This document shows positions 30,505 to 37,963 of a DNA stretch of 64,000 nt, piece by piece. The stretch is from an uncultured Oscillospiraceae bacterium. Lineage in GTDB: Bacteria > Bacillota > Clostridia > Acetivibrionales > DTU013. The translations under genes and the position numbers were made by a program. The notes under the pieces are model-generated. The model did no database searches. It saw nothing but the letters and a program-made list of their open reading frames with translations, and was not told the DNA's origin. The stretch is from assembly GCA_964490975.1 (NCBI GenBank), contig CAZBEQ010000010.1, positions 8,837 to 72,836 on the forward strand, written 5' to 3'. Each line of letters starts with the position of its first letter. Within the stretch, counting starts at the first letter, position 1.

Positions 30505-31271
30505 ATTAACCAGTACTCCTTACAATCATTTGTCCGACCCATAAATCCATATTCGATCATATAGCGACGAATTGTAGCAAAATCCTCATAAATCTTAATA
30601 ATTACATCGTTTATCTCTTTTTCAGAGTATTTTCGATCTCTTTCAAACTGTTCAGCTATTTTCTTGAGAATAATAATCTTATTTTTCTCCTTTGACGAAA
30701 ATGTTTTCAATTTAAGAGGCTCCAGAGAAGAAAACATGTTTGACAATACCTTTTCCTCTTCGGTTTTTGTAATGAAATATCTGTCATCGACCATTTTCGC
30801 GCCTCGATGGACATCAAGAAGCTCTTCATTTATACTGGTCTGTGTTTTGACTTTTTCAGGCCCCTGCACAGCAAGTTCGTAAATTACCAGAAACAGCTTG
30901 GCCTGTTTAGCTTTCTCCCTAAAAACAAACCTCTGATGGCGAATCGTCGCAGCGGCAACTCCTGTTGCTTTTGCAATTTCATTATCGCTCATGCCCGAAT
31001 ACATCATCTTAAGCAGCTCTTTCTGATTTTCAGTTATACCGGTGTATTTTTTATCATAGGAGAACAATATGTCCAACATATCAGGATGGTCTTTCCGATT
31101 ATGCAGCTTTATCATTTTGCCCGCACTAAAATATCGGCCATTAGCCTCGAACACCTCTCCATTTCCGAACTCTTTGCCGCAGATATTGCAAATGTAGCTA
31201 TCCTTTTGGCTATCATATGAATAACCATTCCTGATGTCCTCTATTGACATAGCATAAATTTTATCAAGCAT
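30501..31271 (-). CDS. Putative transcriptional regulator: zinc-finger-like N-terminus, LuxR/sigma-70 region 4-like HTH and C-terminal DUF2087
   Basis: 256 aa with CNICGKEF...HNRKDH, MSDNEIAKATGVAAATIRHQRF (HTH) and a C-terminal KKIAEQFERDRKYSEKEINDVI (DUF2087-like). Confidence 0.68.
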   Translation of the reverse strand: MLDKIYAMSIEDIRNGYSYDSQKDSYICNICGKEFGNGEVFEANGRYFSAGKMIKLHNRKDHPDMLDILFSYDKKYTGITENQKELLKMMYSGMSDNEIAKATGVAAATIRHQRFVFREKAKQAKLFLVIYELAVQGPEKVKTQTSINEELLDVHRGAKMVDDRYFITKTEEEKVLSNMFSSLEPLKLKTFSSKEKNKIIILKKIAEQFERDRKYSEKEINDVIIKIYEDFATIRRYMIEYGFMGRTNDCKEYWLI

Positions 31272-31398
31272 TTTTGCACCTCAAAGTATGTTTATTATTT
31301 TAATAAACTTATATTAATACCGTTTATTAAAAATGTCAACACGCAGAATGCTAAACTGGAGATAACAGTAACGCTGCTCTATCTGACTATTTGCTATA
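31256..31398. repeat. 143-bp direct repeat, copy 1 (promoter, 5'UTR and first codons of the 30501..31271 gene)
   Basis: Aligns colinearly without gaps to 31492-31634, with about a dozen mismatches by eye. Confidence 0.85.
31311..31339 (-). promoter_or_regulatory. SigA-type promoter of the DUF2087 operon, flanked by a 9-bp inverted repeat
   Basis: On the minus strand: TTGACA (31334-31339), a 17-nt spacer, TAATAT (31311-31316). TTAATAAAC...GTTTATTAA brackets the -10. Confidence 0.55.
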
Positions 31399-31491
31399 CC
31401 GCCACTGCTCCTGAAAAGCAGAGAAGAGGCGCAAACCTTGAAATTTCAACGTTTATCGCCTCTTTCATATTCTTCAACTGTCAAACTCGGG

Positions 31492-31634
31492 AAATTCTAT
31501 CAAGCACTTTTGCATCTCAAAATATGCTTATTATTTTTATAAACGTATATTAATACCGTTTATCAAAAATGTCAACACGCAGAGTGCTAAACTGGGGATA
31601 ACAGTAACACTGCTCTATCTGACTTTTTGCTATA
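31492..31634. repeat. 143-bp direct repeat, copy 2 (orphan promoter copy followed by a dead start)
   Basis: See copy 1. Downstream of this copy the reading frame stops after 8 codons (VLDRISRV*). Confidence 0.85.
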
Positions 31635-32478
31635 TCTCTGCTGCTTTCGATTGGCACTTCTGCCGGCCGCATCTGATTTTTCGCAGCCATATAGCCACTC
31701 CCAACATAATCAATAAGCTTATGATTCCCGTTGTAGGTTCCATAATAAATGACACATTAGCTTTTAGTTGGATAATGCCGCTTGTAATCATCAGTGTTGT
31801 CACAACCCCATCCTCAATAGCGTGCATCAGCACGCATGGCCATACTGAATTTGTAAGTCTGTATATTTCTCCGAACAAAATCGACCAGATTGTCAAAACA
31901 ACACAGCCCCATGTCACTAACGTAATCCGCTGAGACATGTTCACCAGATCATCCGGCAGGAAAACCATATAGTATGCACTATGCCACAGATTCCAGACAA
32001 GACCTGTTACCAGATAGACCTGCCAATCCTTGCATCTGAAGGCTACAAGCTTTTGCGTAAGATACATCCGCCATGAAAATTCTTCCGAAATATTTTTAAA
32101 GAAATTAGCTCCGACAGAGGAACACATAACTGGTAAAAACAAACCCCAGGAAAACTTACTTTTTTCTATCAGACCTGCCATAAATGCAATTGCCAGTAAA
32201 ATGATCATTATAGCCGGAAAAATTAAAATGGAAAGAGCATACAATTTACCATTCCCTTTGAAATTTGGCTTAATGCTCGAATGCTTCCAATCCTTTTCAA
32301 TCGTTCGTATAATTATTGACAGAAACAGTGGTGTCACGAGCCACACCAAACTTCCCAATGATTCCACTGCCTGCTCTTGCCCGAGTAAATTATTCAATTG
32401 TACTCCAACCCAGCCAATAACAAGAGCCACAATAATAAAAACTATTAAATGTACCTTTTCTCGTTTTTCGTAATTCAT
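31630..32478 (-). CDS. CPBP family intramembrane glutamic endopeptidase (CAAX protease-like)
   Basis: 282 aa and polytopic. EEFSWRMY (the EExxxR motif) and a later H-containing helix (LMHAIED). Confidence 0.8.
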   Translation of the reverse strand: MNYEKREKVHLIVFIIVALVIGWVGVQLNNLLGQEQAVESLGSLVWLVTPLFLSIIIRTIEKDWKHSSIKPNFKGNGKLYALSILIFPAIMIILLAIAFMAGLIEKSKFSWGLFLPVMCSSVGANFFKNISEEFSWRMYLTQKLVAFRCKDWQVYLVTGLVWNLWHSAYYMVFLPDDLVNMSQRITLVTWGCVVLTIWSILFGEIYRLTNSVWPCVLMHAIEDGVVTTLMITSGIIQLKANVSFIMEPTTGIISLLIMLGVAIWLRKIRCGRQKCQSKAAEI

Positions 32479-32488
32479 CTTTTTTTAC

Positions 32489-33061
32489 CTACTTTCTGAT
32501 AATATCCAGTATCCAGTCTGCTTCCGGCATTACACTATCCGGTGCATCCGCTTTTCTCTGTGCAATTCCCTGTACCGCACAGCTAAGTGCTATAGATAAG
32601 GCAACAGGATCTCCTTCTTTGACAAAACCGGCTTTCTGCGCATTCTTCACCAATGGCACGATATGTTTAGTAATATCCTGTTCCGCTAATCTCGTGTTTA
32701 TACGCTCCGATACTTCCGGTGTACGCTGTGCCTGGTCCATGAAAATGAACATATTGCAAAAATATGAATTATGTTCAATTCCACTGAAGATACCCCGAAT
32801 AATTTCTTCCAACACCGACATCGGATCACAATCCTCTTCAGGAATCCACTTGCCCATTTCATTGCAGCCAATTTCAATGAGTGCTTCATATAACGCCAAT
32901 TTACTGTCAAAGTAATAAAACATCAGACCAGAACTGATACCTGCGATTTTCGATATCTCTCTTGTTGAGGTACCGTAATAGCCTTTACTGATAAATTCGT
33001 CAAGTGCAAGCATCAGAAGCTGTTGATAACGTTGTTCATTCTGCTTTTCTCTTAATGACAT
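32489..33061 (-). CDS. TetR/AcrR family transcriptional regulator
   Basis: 190 aa with an N-terminal HTH: GYYGTSTREISKIAGISSGLMFYYFDSK. Confidence 0.9.
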   Translation of the reverse strand: MSLREKQNEQRYQQLLMLALDEFISKGYYGTSTREISKIAGISSGLMFYYFDSKLALYEALIEIGCNEMGKWIPEEDCDPMSVLEEIIRGIFSGIEHNSYFCNMFIFMDQAQRTPEVSERINTRLAEQDITKHIVPLVKNAQKAGFVKEGDPVALSIALSCAVQGIAQRKADAPDSVMPEADWILDIIRK

Positions 33062-33205
33062 AGGCCACCTTCAAAATTACGTCACTCCTTTTGCCTTAAA
33101 AGTATTAATCACATGCTTATTGAGCACATGCTTAATATATCACGCCAGTTTTTGGAAGTCAATACCATAGTCCACACTCATTCCATCAATAGCTATAACC
33201 AGTCT

Positions 33206-33442
33206 CTATAGATTCAACAGTTCTAATACTTTATAGACTGCGAATGCAGGCCAGACAAATGCTTTTAATATGCCAAGAACCCCGCCCCAAAAAGATGCTG
33301 CATTTTGAAGAAAGTAAACTGTCGCGCCTACTATAGTCATAAAATATACCCCACCAAGCATTCCGCCGCCGTTTACATTGTTTTTACCCGAGCTATTATT
33401 CTCCATACCATTACCCCCACTGAATTTTTTGCCAAACATCAA
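33206..33442 (-). CDS. Small Gly/Asn-rich membrane protein
   Basis: 78-aa ORF with two predicted TM helices. No homology could be inferred. Confidence 0.45.
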   Translation of the reverse strand: MMFGKKFSGGNGMENNSSGKNNVNGGGMLGGVYFMTIVGATVYFLQNAASFWGGVLGILKAFVWPAFAVYKVLELLNL

Positions 33443-33682
33443 AAAATTTCGTCTGATATATTTATATACTTCAAATCAGTAAGAAAGTCTAATTATCCTA
33501 TGACAAAATATGTACGCAGTTATCCATTTATAACATTTCATGTATAATAACACCTGCAACCATTTGGTTACAGGCACCTCTGAGCCTCACTGAACATAGC
33601 TTCTGTAAAGTTAATAAAAAGCCTTCCTGCGTGTTTTTTTTGTTAACCTGCATTCTGTCAAAATGGGAATCAGAACCCCGCC

Positions 33683-33970
33683 TTAAGTGAACAATTTTTC
33701 AGCCAAATGAGCATATTTCTGAGACATTGTTTCGGACTCATCTTTATTTTCAACATCTGCATATCCATATGTTTTCTCAAATACTTTCTTATCCTGAGTA
33801 ATGACAGATACCCTAACCGCAGCAGTGGCAGCTTGATTTTCATCTACATATTTATCAAGTTCATTCTCAAATTCAGTGATAGTTCTCCCTGATGGCAAGT
33901 TACATTCCTCACTCATTAAGCTTCTAGAATCCTCATAGTTGCAGACATACATGTACAAGTCTATTAGCAA
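33683..33970 (-). pseudogene. N-terminal fragment of a serine hydrolase / class C beta-lactamase-like protein
   Basis: VRVSVITQDKKVFEKTYGYADVENK resembles the segment preceding the SxxK motif of these enzymes. The ORF then ends after about 20 aa. Confidence 0.4.
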
Positions 33971-34092
33971 AGGCCGGTACAGATCATCTCTATATTCAAA
34001 AGATTCTCGGTCATACCGATTATACCCTCACCGCAAACACATATACCCATACTGATATTGAAGAACTCAGAAAAGCAATTAACATGATTTAA
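33928..34092 (+). pseudogene. C-terminal fragment (about 55 aa) of a tyrosine recombinase
   Basis: My translation reads ...HSCRHTCTSLLAKAGTDHLYIQKILGHTDYTLTANTYTHTDIEELRKAINMI*. It has the HxxR box and the catalytic Tyr context (YTH). An in-frame stop lies immediately upstream. Confidence 0.6.
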
Positions 34093-34212
34093 TCCTTTTT
34101 TATTTATTAATTTTGTTAGTTACCTGTTAGTTACCTACTCAAACCTCTCAAAACCTCTCGCATTTTATAGGCATTAAAAAACCGCCTGCCCTTACGGAAT
34201 AGCGGTCTTTAC

Positions 34213-34260
34213 TGGTGAGCCATCGCGGATTCGAACCGCGGACACCTTGATTAAAAGTCA
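34213..34260 (-). repeat. att site: 48-bp duplicate of the 3' half of tRNA-Lys (distal island boundary)
   Basis: TGGTGAGCCATCGCGGATTCGAACCGCGGACACCTTGATTAAAAGTCA is identical to 49641-49688. The flanks diverge on both sides. Confidence 0.88.
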
Positions 34261-34403
34261 TATACTGGCTTTCTTTATGTTGAACACTTTACATTCAGTG
34301 TGTTTGCACCTGTTGCATATGATTTTTATGTAGGTCAGAACCTATGATTATATTGTAGCATACACAAGGAAGGTTATCTACAGACCAAAGAGTATTACAA
34401 AAC

Positions 34404-35174
34404 TTACCTTGGTATTGGGTAACTTCCGATTTTAATTAAACTATTAATAGCATTTTTCATAACTTCAAAATCTGTCAAATGAATAAAGTGACCGCTGTTT
34501 GGAGCTATTATATGTTCAGCATCACTTGACAAAACAAGGTATCTTTTCATAATATCCTGCCAGAGATATTCAACCTTTTTCGCAGTTTGTTCACCCATAT
34601 TTCCATAATACTTTAGCTCTTCAATATAAAAATCACTTGAATGTGTTATAAGCCTAATTGGCATATTCTGTAGTGCTGAAGTATCAATGGCTTTAACTAC
34701 ATCCGCAGTCTCTACACCATTATGAGTTGATGCATATTCAGCAAGTGCAGTTTTATAGGTATTTTTCCTACTCGATGCCTTTAGAAGATACTCTGACGCA
34801 TCATTTAAAAAATTATAATAGTAAAAAGGTGGTGCTTTTTTCAATAAAGGTTTTATGGCAAATCCCAATCCTAGAGATGTTATAATGAGTCCAGCTTTGT
34901 ATGAAATGGTTTTGTCTACCCCGCTTTTTTTAAATTCCTCTGCTGTTAGCTTTTCTCTAAACATATTGTCAAATGGCGTGGCAGGGTCTAAAAGGAGAAG
35001 ACCTTTAACTTTGCTTGGGTATGTGTATGCATACTCCACAGCATATAACCCACCTTGTGAATGACCAATTAATATAAAATCTTTTTCTATGCCTACCAAA
35101 TTGAGTAGTCTATCCAACTCTAAAGCAATATTTCTGGGTGTTCGTTCAAGCGTAGACATAGAACTCAACTTCAT
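34404..35174 (-). CDS. Alpha/beta hydrolase, probably N-terminally truncated
   Basis: Nucleophile elbow GHSQGG and a C-terminal SGHF (catalytic His). Only about 37 aa precede the elbow, and an in-frame stop lies just upstream. Confidence 0.6.
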   Translation of the reverse strand: MKLSSMSTLERTPRNIALELDRLLNLVGIEKDFILIGHSQGGLYAVEYAYTYPSKVKGLLLLDPATPFDNMFREKLTAEEFKKSGVDKTISYKAGLIITSLGLGFAIKPLLKKAPPFYYYNFLNDASEYLLKASSRKNTYKTALAEYASTHNGVETADVVKAIDTSALQNMPIRLITHSSDFYIEELKYYGNMGEQTAKKVEYLWQDIMKRYLVLSSDAEHIIAPNSGHFIHLTDFEVMKNAINSLIKIGSYPIPR

Positions 35175-35475
35175 AAGAGTCTACAGACATGGGTAAAAGC
35201 GGGATTTTACTTTATACAGGTCTTAATGAAATAATTACATAAAATCACTTACCATTTTTGAGCATTTTTCTATAAATAAACCAATTGGAAACATTTTACT
35301 CTCAAGCTCTGAAAAATCAAAACCCACTCTGCAAATGGCTCTGGAACATGAAAACGAAGGTTACCCCTATAGAGATATAATTCTTTATAAAATAGATACT
35401 ATTGGTGAAACTGTTTATTCTTAAGCCGCACAAGAAAAAGAGAAGCGGTTAAGCTTCCCTTAAAATATTTATTCC

Positions 35476-36090
35476 CTATTTAACTTTTATCTTTGTCGGG
35501 CTTTGTAGTTTATTAAACAGATTAAAGCTGTCGGTATTGGACAAGGCTTCAACTCCATAAAGATTTACATATCTGCGGCTCATTTCCAATATACTGTGTC
35601 CCAACTGCCTTTGAAGCTGAAAGTTATTACCACCACTCAAGACCCAGTTTCGGGCAAAGGAATGTCGCAATAGATGTACCGATGTCTTGGATATACCCCT
35701 GCTTCTATTATAATCAGCAATAGCCTGTGACGCTGAATGTGGCAGAAGCTTCTTCCCGACATTATTACTGAAAAGATAATTACCACCTGAACCCTGCCTA
35801 TACCTGATATATTCCTTTAGTATGGAAATTAAAGAGGGCGGGAGCGGTAATATCTGTGCCGATTTATTTTTGGTATGAGAGAGCGTTACCACAGCACTTT
35901 CAAGGTCTACTTCCTGCATCTTGATGTTAACAACAGAACCAATTCTACAGCCTGTAGCAGTGATGAAATTAATCATTACCCAGTTCCGATACTCTGTAAA
36001 ATCACAATGCTTTGTATTAGGCTTTTTAAGGAGTATGGACAGTTCCTGCTCTGTATATATCTCCTTAAGCCAATTTAAGAAAGCAGATGT
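35476..36090 (-). pseudogene. Tyrosine recombinase lacking its N-terminal domain
   Basis: The catalytic region GCRIGS...HLLRHSFARNW...LGHSILEMSRRYVNLY is present. The open frame begins right after a TAG at 36091-36093, with no plausible full-length start. Confidence 0.65.
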
Positions 36091-36244
36091 CTAAACCTTA
36101 AGCAATTGCAGACTATTCCAAAGAAGGTATATTTAATTTTCATAGGAAAAACGGATAGAGAAATAAATGGACATTGTTAATGAAACAATACAAAATCGAA
36201 ATATCTATCAAAACAACATCGTAAGTATATAGAATGGAATTGAA

Positions 36245-36280
36245 TTTAAAAGCCGTAGGAATTAAATATCCTGCGGCTTT
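36245..36280 (-). terminator. Hairpin terminator after the small-ORF pair
   Basis: AAGCCGTAGGA / TCCTGCGGCTT imperfect stem followed by a T-tract on the minus strand. Confidence 0.55.
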
Positions 36281-36291
36281 CAGTTACTTAT

Positions 36292-36630
36292 TTAGTACCA
36301 AGTATGGTCATTTTTTACGTGTAACCACTTCGGGCATCCATAAAATTGGTACTTAAACCTTATATATATACCATTGCCCTTGTCTTTACAATATGCAACT
36401 GCCAACGGTTGAATTTCTCCCCTGGCTTCAAGTCCCCATCCATTCAAATAGTTAATAAAAAACCTATTGAAGATTTCTGCAGAATAAGCATGCATTTGGT
36501 TTAGTTTATTCATGCCGTAAATATTAGCCATGTCAATTCCATAGATTGCTTTTACATCATCTGCCGTTCTGAGTCTATAATCACCAATTCCTAGTTTTTG
36601 ATACTTTTCAGCAATTGTATTATAATCCAA
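36292..36630 (-). CDS. Hypothetical protein (112 aa)
   Basis: ORF only, with ATG and plausible coding composition. It sits 17 nt downstream of the preceding ORF. Confidence 0.5.
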   Translation of the reverse strand: MDYNTIAEKYQKLGIGDYRLRTADDVKAIYGIDMANIYGMNKLNQMHAYSAEIFNRFFINYLNGWGLEARGEIQPLAVAYCKDKGNGIYIRFKYQFYGCPKWLHVKNDHTWY

Positions 36631-36647
36631 AACTAACCTCCTTCTTA

Positions 36648-37040
36648 TTAAACTTGCATTTTTCGTTTACATTTCAGCTTTATATCCATATCTGTATTAA
36701 ATCTTACAAGTATTGCATTATAGGCTATAAACCTTATTTCATCATCATAATGGAAAATATACCTTGGATTTGTGTATTCGTCCGAATAGCCATTTAGCAA
36801 GTTATAACCCAACCTTATCAATATACGTTCCGGAAGGGTAAATTCACCTTTTTGCTTTTTATTTAGAGCGATTACTTGATTTTTTTCGAGATTGTACACT
36901 GTTTCTAACTTTGCATATAACAAATCCGTCGATGATAAAATATAAAACAACGCTTTTCGCTCGCAGTCAGAACGCTCAATTCCCGATTTCACAAGTAAAC
37001 TCACATAACGCATCTTATGTTTTTGGCTTAAAAACTGCAA
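36648..37040 (-). CDS. Hypothetical protein (130 aa; pattern reminiscent of DUF6075, unverified)
   Basis: ORF only. The N-terminal FLSQKHKMRYVSLL and C-terminal IAYNAILVRF resemble my recollection of DUF6075 proteins from Firmicutes mobile elements. Confidence 0.45.
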   Translation of the reverse strand: MQFLSQKHKMRYVSLLVKSGIERSDCERKALFYILSSTDLLYAKLETVYNLEKNQVIALNKKQKGEFTLPERILIRLGYNLLNGYSDEYTNPRYIFHYDDEIRFIAYNAILVRFNTDMDIKLKCKRKMQV

Positions 37041-37385
37041 TGATATGCTCCTTTCATTTTTTTATATTATAGTAGAGTATGTTTCAAATTATTCCATTCT
37101 GATGTTTAGTCCGACATTATTCTAAGAAATTAACAATAAGAATTTAAGAGGTATTGCTGACATATTACACCGGACGGTACGTTGGTAGGATCTGTAATTG
37201 GTGGTGAACCGATGGAGCCGAACTCACAGCAATAGATTAAACTGTGTATGACATACAAGATGAGAGCCTTGCAAAGAGACAGCAAGGTGCGATCTGATTA
37301 TGTAAATTAATGCTAGCAGAGTGGCGGAAGTATTTATGAGTGAGAAAACTTATATAGAGCTGTTCCTACATTCCTATGACAAAAT

Positions 37386-37841
37386 TTATGACTCAATATT
37401 TCGCCTCATCCTGATACATTCAGGTTTCAACATTCCAAAAAGTCTCTTCTTATAGTAGATTATGTAGTTTCCAGCTAATCCAATTTCGGCCTGCTTTACA
37501 TTTCTAAATACTTCAGTTAAAGGAACAAGCGCTTTAGCTGTATCTATTGAAACAACTTGTTTGTTCGTACATGCTTCACACTGATTTGTATTGGGATCAA
37601 TGCACTGTTCACAATACACAAAGCCGCAGCCTTCACATTTCACTGCCTTATGGCAGTTTGTACACGAATACCTCCCACACCAATTGCATTTTTTCGTATG
37701 CTCATAACATGAAGCTGCATGACATTTATCACAAGTGATAGTATCCTCATCACAAAGCGCTTCAGAACATATATGGCAATTCGTATGGTGACCATTGCAA
37801 AAGAGCTTCTTGTATTCCTTACAAGCAGTTGCATCTTCCAC
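37386..37841 (-). CDS. Cys-rich multi-zinc-ribbon protein (151 aa from GTG); start uncertain, possibly 5'-truncated
   Basis: At least 22 Cys in about 95 aa, arranged as CxxC/CxxxxC pairs, then a Cys-poor 55-aa tail. No ATG and no SD are present. The frame stays open 10 codons upstream and encodes another CxxC (NCSICDAVLC). Confidence 0.5.
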   Translation of the reverse strand: MEDATACKEYKKLFCNGHHTNCHICSEALCDEDTITCDKCHAASCYEHTKKCNWCGRYSCTNCHKAVKCEGCGFVYCEQCIDPNTNQCEACTNKQVVSIDTAKALVPLTEVFRNVKQAEIGLAGNYIIYYKKRLFGMLKPECIRMRRNIES

Positions 37842-37869
37842 GCATAATACGGCATCACATATACTGCAG

Positions 37870-37884
37870 TTCTATGTTAATACA
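37870..37884. promoter_or_regulatory. 15-bp palindrome ATACAAATTTTGTAT, related to the operator at 48031-48046
   Basis: Perfect half-sites ATACAAA/TTTGTAT. It abuts a weak -10-like TAGGAT (37883-37888, minus strand), about 30 nt upstream of the Cys-rich ORF. Confidence 0.5.
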
Positions 37885-37963
37885 AATTTTGTATCCTATT
37901 GTTAAAAAATTTGGTTGGCATTGGCAGCCTATCTTATCAAATTAATCCACATGAACATCAAAT

